Of a stretch of DNA of 64,000 nucleotides, positions 43,215 to 57,500 are shown piece after piece. Position numbers and translations under genes: made by a program. Under the pieces are notes generated by a model that saw nothing but the letters and a program-made list of their open reading frames with translations, ran no database searches and was not told where the DNA came from. This stretch comes from the human T2T-CHM13v2.0 reference genome, Homo sapiens. Every line of letters starts with the position of its first letter. The first letter of the stretch is position 1. The stretch lies in NCBI RefSeq assembly GCF_009914755.1, contig NC_060948.1. One strand, written 5' to 3'.

Positions 43215-45280
43215 GAATTCATTGGAATGGAAGGGAATGTAGTGTAATGGACAGGCCTGGAATAAAGTGGAATGCTACGGTCTCGAATGGAATAAAAATG
43301 TATGGAATGGAATGCAATGAAACGGAATCGAATGTCATAAAATGTAATGGAATGCAAAAAAATGGAATCCAAAATCATTGACTGGAAAGGCTGGGTGTCG
43401 AAAGGAATTGACTCCAATGGAATGGAATCGAATGGAATGGAAGTGAATAGAATCGAACTAAATCGAATGGAATGGAATTGATAGGAACGGAATGGAAAGG
43501 AATGCAATGATTTGGCATGGAATGGAATCGAATGGCATCGAATGGAATGGAATGGAATGCAATGGAATGGAATGTATTAGAATGTAATGAACTTTAATGG
43601 AATGTACTCGAATGGATTCGACTGGAATGGAATGTTCTGGAAGTGAATGGGCTCCAATGGAATGGAATCAAAAGGAATGGAATCGTACGGAATGGAATCT
43701 AATGTAATGGAATTAAATGGAAATGAATCAAGTTGAATAGCACGGAATTGAATTGAATGGAATCGAATGCAATGGAATCTAATGAAACGGAAAGGAAAGG
43801 AATGGAATGGAATGGAATGGGCTGGAATGGAAAGGAATCGAAACGAATGGAATGGAATCGAACTGAAGAGACTGGAATGGAATGCACTGGAATGGAAGGG
43901 AGTGTAATGGAAGGTTCTCGAAAGAAATGGAATCGAATGGAATGGAATTGAATGGAACGGAATAGAGTCGAATGGAATTGAATGGAATGGAATGGACTAG
44001 AGTGAAATGGAATCGAACCACAAGGAATGGACAGGAATAGAATGGTCTCGAATTGAATGGAATCGTATGGAATGGCATCAAACGGAATGGAATGGACAGC
44101 CACGGAATGGAATGCACTCGAATGCAATGGAGTCGAAACTAATGGACTGGAATAGAATGGACTCGACTGGTACGGACTCCAATGGAATGGAATCGAATGG
44201 AAGGGAATCGAACGGAATGGACTCGAAGGGAAAAGACTGCAATGGAAAGGTCTCGAATGGAATGGAAATTAATGGAATGGAATGGAATCGAATGAAATGG
44301 AGTCAAAAGGAATGGAATCGAATGGCAAGAAATCGAATGTAATGGAATCGCAAGGAATTGATGTGAACGGAACGGAATGGAATGGAATCCAAAGGAATGG
44401 AATAGAATGGAATGGAATCGAATGGAAAGGACTAGAATGGAAATCACTCGAATAGAATGCAATTTAATAAAATAGGATCAAATGTAATGGAATGGAATGG
44501 AAAGGAATCGAAACGAAAGGAATGGAGACAGATGGAATGGAATGGAACAGAGAGCAATGGTATAGAATGGAATGGAATCATCTGGAATGGAATTGAATGG
44601 AATGGAATAATATGAAATGGAATGGAATGGAATGGAATGGAATGGAATGCCCTTGAATTAAATGGACTGGAATGGAATGGACTCGAACAGAGTGGAATGG
44701 AAAGTGTTGAGATAGAATGGAATGGACTCCTTTGGAATGGTCTAGTATGCAATGCAATCGACTGGCAGGGAATCAAAAGGAATGTAATGGAATGGATTGG
44801 ACTGGAATGCAATGGACAGGAATAGATTGGAAACGGAATGCAAAGGAATGGAATGGAATAGTATGGAATGGAATGGAAAGGAATGGAGTGGAATAGACTA
44901 GAGTGGAATGCAATGGACTGGAAAGCAATGGACTGGAATGGAACTTTCTTGAATGGACTGGAATCAAACAGAATGGAATGCAATGCAATCAAATGGCATG
45001 GAATAAAATAGAATGAAAGAGAATCAAATGGAATTGAATCGAATGGAATCGAATGGATTGGAAAGGAATAGAATGGAATGGAATGGAATTCACTCAAATG
45101 GAATGGACTAGAATGGAATGGATTCGAATGGAAGGCAAAGGAATGGAATCTATTGGAATGGACTGTAATGGAATGGAATGGAATTGAATGGAATGGGAAC
45201 GAATGGAGTGAAATTGTATGCAGTAGAAGGGAATAGAATGGAATGCAAGCAAAAGGAAAGGAATGGATTGGAATGGAATG
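43215..45280 (+). repeat. Internally deleted DYZ1 monomer 13 (2066 bp)
   Basis: GAATTC at 43215 and 45281. Landmarks GAAAACTGGCAAG, GTCCTCTAATGG and GACTCAGATAGAG are absent. Junction at 45171-45183. Confidence 0.9.
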
Positions 45281-48200
45281 GAATTCATTGGAATGGAAGG
45301 GAATGTAGTGTAATGGACAGGCCTGGAATAAAGTGGAATGCTACGGTCTCGAATGGAATAAAAATGTATGGAATGGAATGCAATGAAATGGAATCGAATG
45401 TCATAGAATGTAATGGAATGCAACAAAATGGAATCCAATATCATTGACTGGAAAGGCTGGGTGTTGAAAGGAATTGACTCCAATGGAATGGAATCGAATG
45501 GAATGGAAGTGAATAGAATCGAACTAAATCGAATGGAATGGAATTGATAGGAACGGAATGGAAAGGAATGCAATGATTTGGCATGGAATGGAATCGAATG
45601 GCATCGAATGGAATGGAATGGAATGCAATGGAATGGAATGTATTAGAATGTAATGAACTTTAATGGAATGTACTCGAATGGATTCGACTGGAATGGAATG
45701 TTCTGGAAGTGAATGGACTCCAATGGAATGGATTCAAAAGGAATGGAATCGTACGGAATGGAATCTAATGGAATGGAATTAAATGGAAATGAATCAAATT
45801 GAATAGCACGGAATTGAATTGAATGGAATGGAATGCAATGGAATCTAATGAAACGGAAAGGAAAGGAATGGAATGGAATGGAATGGGCTGGAATGGAAAG
45901 GAATCGAAACGAATGGAATGGAATCGAACTGAAGAGACTGGAATGGAATGCACTGGAATGGAAGGGAGTGTAATGGAAGGTTCTCGAAAAAAATGGAATG
46001 GAATGGAATGGAATTGAATGGAACGGAATAGAGTCGAATGGAATTGAATGGAATGGAATGGACTAGAGTGAAATGGAATCGAACCACAAGGAATGGACAG
46101 GAATAGAATGGTCTCGAATTGAATGGAATCGTATGGAATGGCATCAAACGGAATGGAATGGACAGCCACGGAATGGAATGCACTCGAATGCAATGGAGTC
46201 GAAACTAATGGACTGGAATAGAATGGACTCGACTGGTACGGACTCCAATGGAATGGAATCGAATGGAAGGGAATCGAACGGAATGGACTCGAAGGGAAAA
46301 GACTGCAATGGAAAGGTCTCGAATGGAATGGAAATTAATGGAATGGAATGGAATCGAATGAAATGGAGTCAAAAGGAATGGAATCGAATGGCAAGAAATC
46401 GAATGTAATGGAATCGCAAGGAATTGATGTGAACGGAACGGAATGGAATGGAATCCAAAGGAATGGAATAGAATGGAATGGAATCGAATGGAAAGGACTC
46501 GAATGGCAATCACTCGAATAGAATGCAATTTAATAAAATAGGATCAAATGTAATGGAATGGAATGGAAAGGAATCGAAACGAAAGGAATGGAGACAGATG
46601 GAATGGAATGGAACAGAGAGCAATGGTATAGAATGGAATGGAATCATCTGGAATGGAATTGAATGGAATGGAATAATATGAAATGGAATGGAATGGAATG
46701 GAATGGAATGGAATGGAATGCCCTTGAATTAAATGGACTGGAATGGAATGGACTCGAACAGAGTGGAATGGAAAGTGTTGAGATAGAATGGAATGGACTC
46801 CTTTGGAATGGTCTAGTATGCAATGCAATCGACTGGCAGGGAATCAAAAGGAATGTAATCGAATGGATTGGACTGGAATGCAATGGACTCGAATAGATTG
46901 GAAACGGAATGCAAAGGAATGGAATGGAATAGTATGGAATGGAATGGAAAGGAATGGAGTGGAATAGACTAGAGTGGAATGGAATGGACTGGAAAGCAAT
47001 GGACTGGAATGGAACTTTCTTGAATGGACTGGAATCAAACGGAATGGAATGCAATGCAATCAAATGGCATGGAATAAAATAGAATGAAAGAGAATCAAAT
47101 GGAATTGAATCGAATGGAATCGAATGGATTGGAAAGGAATAGAATGGAATGGAATGGAATGGACTCAAATGGAATGGACTAGAATGGAATGGATTCGAAT
47201 GGAAGGCAAAGGAATGGAATCTATTGGAATGGACTGTAATTGAATGGAATGGAAGGGATTGGAATGGACTCGAATAGAATGGACTGCAATAGAAAGGATT
47301 CGAATGGAATGAAAAAGAATTGAATGGAATAGAACAGAATGGAATCAAATCGAATGAAATGGAATGGAATAGAAAGGAATGGAATGAAATGGAATGGAAA
47401 GGATTCGAATGGAATGAAATCGAATGGAATGGAATCGAACGGAATGGAATAAAATGGAAGAAAACTGGCAAGAAATGGAATCGAAATGAATGGAGTGTTA
47501 TGGAACGGACTCAAAAGGAATTGAATGTAATAGAATGGAGTGGAGTGGACTCGAATATAATGGACTGGAATGGAATGAAATCACATGGAATGGGAACGAA
47601 TGGAATGGAATGGAAAGGAATGGAATCGAATGGAAAGGAATCGAATGGAAGGGAATGAAATTGAATCAACAGGAATGGAAGGGAATAGAATAGACGGTAA
47701 TGGAATGGACTCGAATAGAATGGACACGAATGCTCAAATTGAATGGACTCGAATGGAATGGAAACGAAAGGAATGTCATCGAATGGAATTGAATCGATTG
47801 GAATGAAATCGCATAGAATGGAGTGGAATCAAATGGAATTGAATCGAAAGGAAAGGAAGCGAATGGACTGAAATGAAATGGAATGGAATTGAATGGAAAG
47901 TAATGCAATGGAATAGAATGGAACGAAATTTCACGGAATGGAATCAAACTGAATGGAATCAAATCAATGGAATCAAATCAAATGGAACGGAAAGGAATTG
48001 AATGGAGTAGATTGGATTGGATGGGATTGGAATGAAATGTACTGGAAAGGACTCGAATTTCATGAAACGGAATGGAATGAATTGGAACGGAATGGACTCG
48101 AATGGAATGGAATGTCATGGAATGGCATCAAATGGAATGGCATCAAATGGAATGGAATCGAATGCAATGGAATGCTATGGAATGGAATGGAATGCATTGG

Positions 48201-48864
48201 AATGGAATGTCCTCTAATGGAATGGATTCGAGTGGAATGGAATCGAATATAATGGAGTCGAATGAAATGGAATTGAAAGGAATGGGATCGAATACAATGG
48301 AATATACTGGAATGTAATGTAATGAACTCGAATGTAATTGACTGGAATGGAATGTACATGAATGGAAGGTAATCGAATGGAAAGTAATCCAATGGAATAG
48401 AATCTAATGCAATAAAACCGACTCAGATAGAGTAGAATGTAATGGAATGGAGTGCAGTGCAATGGAATGGAATGGAATTGAATGCAATGGAATGGAATGG
48501 AATGGAATGGAATGGAATGGAATGGAATGGAATGGAATGGGATGGAATGGTATGGAATGGATAGTAATGGACTGGAGTGAAATGGACTGGAAAGGAATGG
48601 ACTCAAATTGAAAGGGCTCGAAAGGAATGGAGTCAAATGGAATGGTCTGGAATGGAATGAACACGAATGTAATGCAATCCAATAGAATGGAATCGAATGG
48701 CATGGAATATAAAGAAATGGATTCGAAGAGAATGGAAACAAATGGAATGGAATTGAATGGAATGGAATTGAATGGAATGGGAACGAATGGAGTGAAATTG
48801 TATGCAGTAGAAGGGAATAGAAAGGAATGCAAGCGAAAGGAAAGGAATGGATTGGAATGGAATG
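45281..48864 (+). repeat. DYZ1 monomer 14 (3584 bp)
   Basis: GAATTC at 45281 and 48865. Confidence 0.9.
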
Positions 48865-50925
48865 GAATTCATTGGAATGGAAGGGAATGTAGTGTAATGG
48901 ACAGGCCTGGAATAAAGTGGAATGCTACGGTCTCGAATGGAATAAAAATGTATGGAATGGAATGCAATGAAATGGAATCGAATGTCATAGAATGTAATGG
49001 AATGCAACAAAATGGAATCCAATATCATTGACTGGAAAGGCTGGGTGTCGAAAGGAATTGACTCCAATGGAATGGAATCGAATGGAATGGAAGTGAATAG
49101 AATCGAACTAAATCGAATGGAATGGAATTGATAGGAACGGAATGGAAAGGAATGCAATGATTTGGCATGGAATGGAATCGAATGGCATCGAATGGAATGG
49201 AATGGAATGCAATGGAATGGAATGTATTAGAATGGAATGAACTTTAATGGAATGTACTCGAATGGATTCGACTGGAATGGAATGTTCTGGAAGTGAATGG
49301 ACTCCAATGGAATGGATTCAAAAGGAATGGAATCGTACGGAATGGAATCTAATGGAATGGAATTAAATGGAAATGAATCAAATTGAATAGCACGGAATTG
49401 AATTGAATGGAATGGAATGCAATGGAATCTAATGAAACGGAAAGGAAAGGAATGGAATGGAATGGAATGGGCTGGAATGGAAAGGAATCGAAACGAATGG
49501 AATGGAATCGAACTGAAGAGACTGGAATGGAATGCACTGGAATGGAAGGGAGTGTAATGGAAGGTTCTCGAAAAAAATGGAATCGAATGGAATGGAATTG
49601 AATGGAACGGAATAGAGTCGAATGGAATTGAATGGAATGGAATGGACTAGAGTGAAATGGAATCGAACCACAAGGAATGGAGAGGAATAGAATGGTCTCG
49701 AATTGAATGGAATCGTATGGAATGGCATCAAACGGAATGGAATGGACAGCCACGGAATGGAATGCACTCGAATGCAATGGAGTCGAAACTAATGGACTGG
49801 AATAGAATGGACTCGACTGGTACGGACTCCAATGGAATGGAATCGAATGGAAGGGAATCGAACGGAATGGACTCGAAGGGAAAAGACTGCAATGGAAAGG
49901 TCTCGAATGGAATGGAAATTAATGGAATGGAATGGAATCGAATGAAATGGAGTCAAAAGGAATGGAATCGAATGGCAAGAAATCGAATGTAATGGAATCG
50001 CAAGGAATTGATGTGAACGGAACGGAATGGAATGGAATCCAAAGGAATGGAATAGAATGGAATGGAATCGAATGGAAAGGACTAGAATGGAAATCACTCG
50101 AATAGAATGCAATTTAATAAAATAGGATCAAATGTAATGGAATGGAATGGAAAGGAATCGAAACGAAAGGAATGGAGACAGATGGAATGGAATGGAACAG
50201 AGAGCAATGGTATAGAATGGAATGGAATCATCTGGAATGGAATTGAATGGAATGGAATAATATGAAATGGAATGGAATAGAATGGAATGGAATGCCCTTG
50301 AATTAAATGGACTGGAATGGAATGGACTCGAACAGAGTGGAATGGAAAGTGTTGAGATAGAATGGAATGGACTCCTTTGGAATGGTCTAGTATGCAATGC
50401 AATCGACTGGCAGGGAATCAAAAGGAATGTAATGGAATGTTTTGGACTGGAATGCAATGGACAGGAATAGATTGGAAACGGAATGCAAAGGAATGGAATG
50501 GAATAGTATGGAATGGAATGGAAAGGAATGGAGTGGAATAGACTAGAGTGGAATGCAATTGACTGGAAAGCAATGGACTGGAATGGAACTTTCTTGAATG
50601 GACTGGAATCAAACGGAATGGAATGCAATGCAATCAAATGGCATGGAATAAAATAGAATGAAAGAGAATCAAATGGAATTGAATCGAATGGAATCGAATG
50701 GATTGGAAAGGAATAGAATGGAATGGAATGGAATTCACTCAAATGGAATGGACTAGAATGGAATGGATTCGAATGGAAGGCAAAGGAATGGAATCTATTG
50801 GAATGGACTGTAATGGAATGGAATGGAATTGAATGGAATGGGAACGAATGGAGTGAAATTGTATGCAGTAGAAGGGAATAGAATGGAATGCAAGCAAAAG
50901 GAAAGGAATGGATTGGAATGGAATG
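48865..50925 (+). repeat. Internally deleted DYZ1 monomer 15 (2061 bp)
   Basis: GAATTC at 48865 and 50926; same deletion junction at 50816-50828. Confidence 0.9.
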
Positions 50926-53900
50926 GAATTCATTGGAATGGAAGGGAATGTAGTGTAATGGACAGGCCTGGAATAAAGTGGAATGCTACGGTCTCGAATG
51001 GAATAAAAATGTATGGAATGGAATGCAATGAAATGGAATCGAATGTCATAGAATGTAATGGAATGCAACAAAATGGAATCCAATATCATTGACTGGAAAG
51101 GCTGGGTGTCGAAAGGAATTGACTCCAATGGAATGGAATCGAATGGAATGGAAGTGAATAGAATCGAACTAAATCGAATGGAATGGAATTGATAGGAACG
51201 GAATGGAAAGGAATGCAATGATTTGGCATGGAATGGAATCGAATGGCATCGAATGGAATGGAATGGAATGCAATGGAATGGAATGTATTAGAATGTAATG
51301 AACTTTAATGGAATGTACTCGAATGGATTCGACTGGAATGGAATGTTCTGGAAGTGAATGGACTCCAATGGAATGGATTCAAAAGGAATGGAATCGTACG
51401 GAATGGAATCTAATGGAATGGAATTAAATGGAAATGAATCAAATTGAATAGCACGGAATTGAATTGAATGGAATGGAATGCAATGGAATCTAATGAAACG
51501 GAAAGGAAAGGAATGGAATGGAATGGAATGGGCTGGAATGGAAAGGAATCGAAACGAATGGAATGGAATCGAACTGAAGAGACTGGAATGGAATGCACTG
51601 GAATGGAAGGGAGTGTAATGGAAGGTTCTCGAAAAAAATGGAATGGAATGGAATGGAATTGAATGGAACGGAATAGAGTCGAATGGAATTGAATGGAATG
51701 GAATGGACTAGAGTGAAATGGAATCGAACCACAAGGAATGGACAGGAATAGAATGGTCTCGAATTGAATGGAATCGTATGGAATGGCATCAAACGGAATG
51801 GAATGGACAGCCACGGAATGGAATGCACTCGAATGCAATGGAGTCGAAACTAATGGACTGGAATAGAATGGACTTGACTGGTACGGACTCCAATGGAATG
51901 GAATCGAATGGAAGGGAATCGAACGGAATGGACTCGAAGGGAAAAGACTGCAATGGAAAGGTCTCGAATGGAATGGAAATTAATGGAATGGAATGGAATC
52001 GAATGAAATGGAGTCAAAAGGAATGGAATCGAATGGCAAGAAATCGAATGTAATGGAATCGCAAGGAATTGATGTGAACGGAACGGAATGGAATGGAATC
52101 CAAAGGAATGGAATAGAATGGAATGGAATCGAATGGAAAGGACTCGAATGGCAATCACTCGAATAGAATGCAATTTAATAAAATAGGATCAAATGTAATG
52201 GAATGGAATGGAAAGGAATCGAAACGAAAGGAATGGAGACAGATGGAATGGAATGGAACAGAGAGCAATGGTATAGAATGGAATGGAATCATCTGGAATG
52301 GAATTGAATGGAATGGAATAATATGAAATGGAATGGAATGGAATGGAATGGAATGGAATGGAATGCCCTTGAATTAAATGGACTGGAATGGAATGGACTC
52401 GAACAGAGTGGAATGGAAAGTGTTGAGATAGAATGGAATGGACTCCTTTGGAATGGTCTAGTATGCAATGCAATCGACTGGCAGGGAATCAAAAGGAATG
52501 TAATCGAATGGATTGGACTGGAATGCAATGGACTCGAATAGATTGGAAACGGAATGCAAAGGAATGGAATGGAATAGTATGGAATGGAATGGAAAGGAAT
52601 GGAGTGGAATAGACTAGAGTGGAATGGAATGGACTGGAAAGCAATGGACTGGAATGGAACTTTCTTGAATGGACTGGAATCAAACGGAATGGAATGCAAT
52701 GCAATCAAATGGCATGGAATAAAATAGAATGAAAGAGAATCAAATGGAATTGAATCGAATGGAATCGAATGGATTGGAAAGGAATAGAATGGAATGGAAT
52801 GGAATGGACTCAAATGGAATGGACTAGAATGGAATGGATTCGAATGGAAGGCAAAGGAATGGAATCTATTGGAATGGACTGTAATTGAATGGAATGGAAG
52901 GGATTGGAATGGACTCGAATAGAATGGACTGCAATAGAAAGGATTCGAATGGAATGAAAAAGAATTGAATGGAATAGAACAGAATGGAATCAAATCGAAT
53001 GAAATGGAATGGAATAGAAAGGAATGGAATGAAATGGAATGGAAAGGATTCGAATGGAATGCAATCGAATGGAATGGAATCGAACGGAATGGAATAAAAT
53101 GGAAGAAAACTGGCAAGAAATGGAATCGAAATGAATGGAGTGTTATGGAACGGACTCAAAAGGAATTGAATGTAATAGAATGGAGTGGAGTGGACTCGAA
53201 TATAATGGACTGGAATGGAATGAAATCACATGGAATGGGAACGAATGGAATGGAATGGAAAGGAATGGAATCGAATGGAAAGGAATCGAATGGAAGGGAA
53301 TGAAATTGAATCAACAGGAATGGAAGGGAATAGAATAGACGGTAATGGAATGGACTCGAATAGAATGGACACGAATGCTCAAATTGAATGGACTCGAATG
53401 GAATGGAAACGAAAGGAATGTCATCGAATGGAATTGAATCGATTGGAATGAAATCGCATAGAATGGAGTGGAATCAAATGGAATTGAATCGAAAGGAAAG
53501 GAAGCGAATGGACTGAAATGAAATGGAATGGAATTGAATGGAAAGTAATGCAATGGAATAGAATGGAACGAAATTTCACGGAATGGAATCAAACTGAATG
53601 GAATCAAATCAATGGAATCTAATCAAATGGAATGGAAAGGAATTGAATGGAGTAGATTGGATTGGATGGGATTGGAATGAAATGTACTGGAAAGGACTCG
53701 AATTTCATGAAACGGAATGGAATGAATTGGAACGGAATGGACTCGAATGGAATGGAATGTCATGGAATGGCATCAAATGGAATGGCATCAAATGGAATGG
53801 AATCAAATGCAATGGAATGCTATGGAATGGAATGGAATGCATTGGAATGGAATGTCCTCTAATGGAATGGATTCGAGTGGAATGGAATCGAATATAATGG

Positions 53901-54509
53901 AGTCGAATGAAATGGAATTGAAAGGAATGGGATCGAATACAATGGAATATACTGGAATGTAATGTAATGAACTCGAATGTAATTGACTGGAATGGAATGT
54001 ACATGAATGGAAGGTAATCGAATGGAAAGTAATCCAATGGAATAGAATCTAATGCAATAAAACCGACTCAGATAGAGTAGAATGTAATGGAATGGAGTGC
54101 AGTGCAATGGAATGGAATGGAATTGAATGCAATGGAATGGAATGGAATGGAATGGAATGGAATGGAATGGAATGGAATGGAATGGGATGGAATGGTATGG
54201 AATGGATAGAAATGGACTGGAGTGAAATGGACTGGAAAGGAATGGACTCAAATTGAAAGGGCTCGAAAGGAATGGAGTCAAATGGAATGGTCTGGAATGG
54301 AATGAACACGAATGTAATGCAATCCAATAGAATGGAATCGAATGGCATGGAATATAAAGAAATGGATTCGAAGAGAATGGAAACAAATGGAATGGAATTG
54401 AATGGAATGGAATTGAATGGAATGGGAACGAATGGAGTGAAATTGTATGCAGTAGAAGGGAATAGAAAGGAATGCAAGCGAAAGGAAAGGAATGGATTGG
54501 AATGGAATG
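50926..54509 (+). repeat. DYZ1 monomer 16 (3584 bp)
   Basis: GAATTC at 50926 and 54510. Confidence 0.9.
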
Positions 54510-57500
54510 GAATTCATTGGAATGGAAGGGAATGTAGTGTAATGGACAGGCCTGGAATAAAGTGGAATGCTACGGTCTCGAATGGAATAAAAATGTATGG
54601 AATGGAATGCAATGAAATGGAATCGAATGTCATAGAATGTAATGGAATGCAACAAAATGGAATCCAATATCATTGACTGGAAAGGCTGGGTGTCGAAAGG
54701 AATTGACTCCAATGGAATGGAATCGAATGGAATGGAAGTGAATAGAATCGAACTAAATCGAATGGAATGGAATTGATAGGAATGGAATGGAAAGGAATGC
54801 AATGATTTGGCATGGAATGGAATCGAATGGCATCGAATGGAATGGAATGGAATGCAATGGAATGGAATGAACTTTAATGGAATGTACTCGAATGGATTCG
54901 ACTGGAATGGAATGTTCTGGAAGTGAATGGACTCCAATGGAATGGATTCAAAAGGAATGGAATCGTACGGAATGGAATCTAATGGAATGGAATTAAATGG
55001 AAATGAATCAAATTGAATAGCACGGAATTGAATTGAATGGAATGGAATGCAATGGAATCTAATGAAACGGAAAGGAAAGGAATGGAATGGAATGGAATGG
55101 GCTGGAATGGAAAGGAATCGAAACGAATGGAATGGAATCGAACTGAAGAGACTGGAATGGAATGCACTGGAATGGAAGGGAGTGTAATGGAAGGTTCTCG
55201 AAAAAAATGGAATCGAATGGAATGGAATTGAATGGAACGGAATAGAGTCGAATGGAATTGAATGGAATGGAATGGACTAGAGTGAAATGGAATCGAACCA
55301 CAAGGAATGGAGAGGAATAGAATGGTCTCGAATTGAATGGAATCGTATGGAATGGCATCAAACGGAATGGAATGGACAGCCACGGAATGGAATGCACTCG
55401 AATGCAATGGAGTCGAAACTAATGGACTGGAATAGAATGGACTCGACTGGTACGGACTCCAATGGAATGGAATCGAATGGAAGGGAATCGAACGGAATGG
55501 ACTCGAAGGGAAAAGACTGCAATGGAAAGGTCTCGAATGGAATGGAAATTAATGGAATGGAATGGAATCGAATGAAATGGAGTCAAAAGGAATGGAATCG
55601 AATGGCAAGAAATCGAATGTAATGGAATCGCAAGGAATTGATGTGAACGGAACGGAATGGAATGGAATCCAAAGGAATGGAATAGAATGGAATGGAATCG
55701 AATGGAAAGGACTCGAATGGAAATCACTCGAATAGAATGCAATTTAATAAAATAGGATCAAATGTAATGGAATGGAATGGAAAGGAATCGAAACGAAAGG
55801 AATGGAGACAGATGGAATGGAATAGAACAGAGAGCAATGGTATAGAATGGAATGGAATCATCTGGAATGGAATTGAATGGAATGGAATAATATGAAATGG
55901 AATGGAATGGAATGGAATGGAATGCCCTTGAATTAAATGGACTGGAATGGAATGGACTCGAACAGAGTGGAATGGAAAGTGTTGAGATAGAATGGAATGG
56001 ACTCCTTTGGAATGGTCTAGTATGCAATGCAATCGACTGGCAGGGAATCAAAAGGAATGTAATCGAATGGATTGGACTGGAATGCAATGGACTCGAATAG
56101 ATTGCAAACGGGATGCAAAGGAATGGAATGGAATAGTATGGAATGGAATGGAAAGGAATGGAGTGGAATAGACTAGAGTGGAATGGAATGGACTGGAAAG
56201 CAATGGACTGGAATGGAACTTTCTTGAATGGACTGGAATCAAACGGAATGGAATGCAATGCAATCAAATGGCATGGAATAAAATAGAATGAAAGAGAATC
56301 AAATGGAATTGAATCGAATGGAATCGAATGGATTGGAAAGGAATAGAATGGAATGGAATGGAATGGACTCAAATGGAATGGACTAGAATGGAATGGATTC
56401 GAATGGAAGGCAAAGGAATGGAATCTATTGGAATGGACTGTAATGGAATGGAATGGAAGGGATTGGAATGGACTCGAATGGAATGGACTGCAATAGAAAG
56501 GATTCGAATGGAATGAAAAAGAATTGAATGGAATAGAACAGAATGGAATCAAATCGAATGAAATGGAATGGAATAGAAAGGAATGGAATGAAATGGAATG
56601 GAAAGGATTCGAATGGAATGCAATCGAATGGAATGGAATCGAACGGAATGGAATAAAATGGAAGAAAACTGGCAAGAAATGGAATCGAAATGAATGGAGT
56701 GTTATGGAACGGACTCAAAAGGAATTGAATGTAATAGAATGGAGTGGAGTGGACTCGAATATAATGGACTGGAATGGAATGAAATCACATGGAATGGGAA
56801 CGAATGGAATGGAATGGAAAGGAATGGAATCGAATGGAAAGGAATCGAACGGAAGGGAATGAAATTGAATCAACAGGAATGGAAGGGAATAGAATAGACG
56901 GTAATGGAATGGACTCGAATAGAATGGACACGAATGCTCAAATTGAATGGACTCGAATGGAATGGAAACGAAAGGAATGTCATCGAATGGAATTGAATCG
57001 ATTGGAATGAAATCGCATAGAATGGAGTGGAATCAAATGGAATTGAATCGAAAGGAAAGGAAGCGAATGGACTGAAATGAAATGGAATGGAATTGAATGG
57101 AAAGTAATGCAATGGAATAGAATGGAACGAAATTTCACGGAATGGAATCAAACTGAATGGAATCAAATCAATGGAATCTAATCAAATGGAATGGAAAGGA
57201 ATTGAATGGAGTAGATTGGATTGGATGGGATTGGAATGAAATGTACTGGAAAGGACTCGAATTTCATGAAACGGAATGGAATGAATTGGAACGGAATGGA
57301 CTCGAATGGAATGGAATGTCATGGAATGGCATCAAATGGAATGGCATCAAATGGAATGGAATCGAATGCAATGGAATGCTATGGAATGGAATGGAATGCA
57401 TTGGAATGGAATGTCCTCTAATGGAATGGATTCGAGTGGAATGGAATCGAATATAATGGAGTCGAATGAAATGGAATTGAAAGGAATGGGATCGAATACA

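Larger units (their letters stand above)
44434..55312 (+). repeat. 5645-bp tandem duplication (short + full monomer) x2; minimal extent
   Basis: Deletion junctions and several rare variants recur at 5645-bp spacing (44818/50463, 45086/50731, 46507/52152, 48368/54013). Confidence 0.85.
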
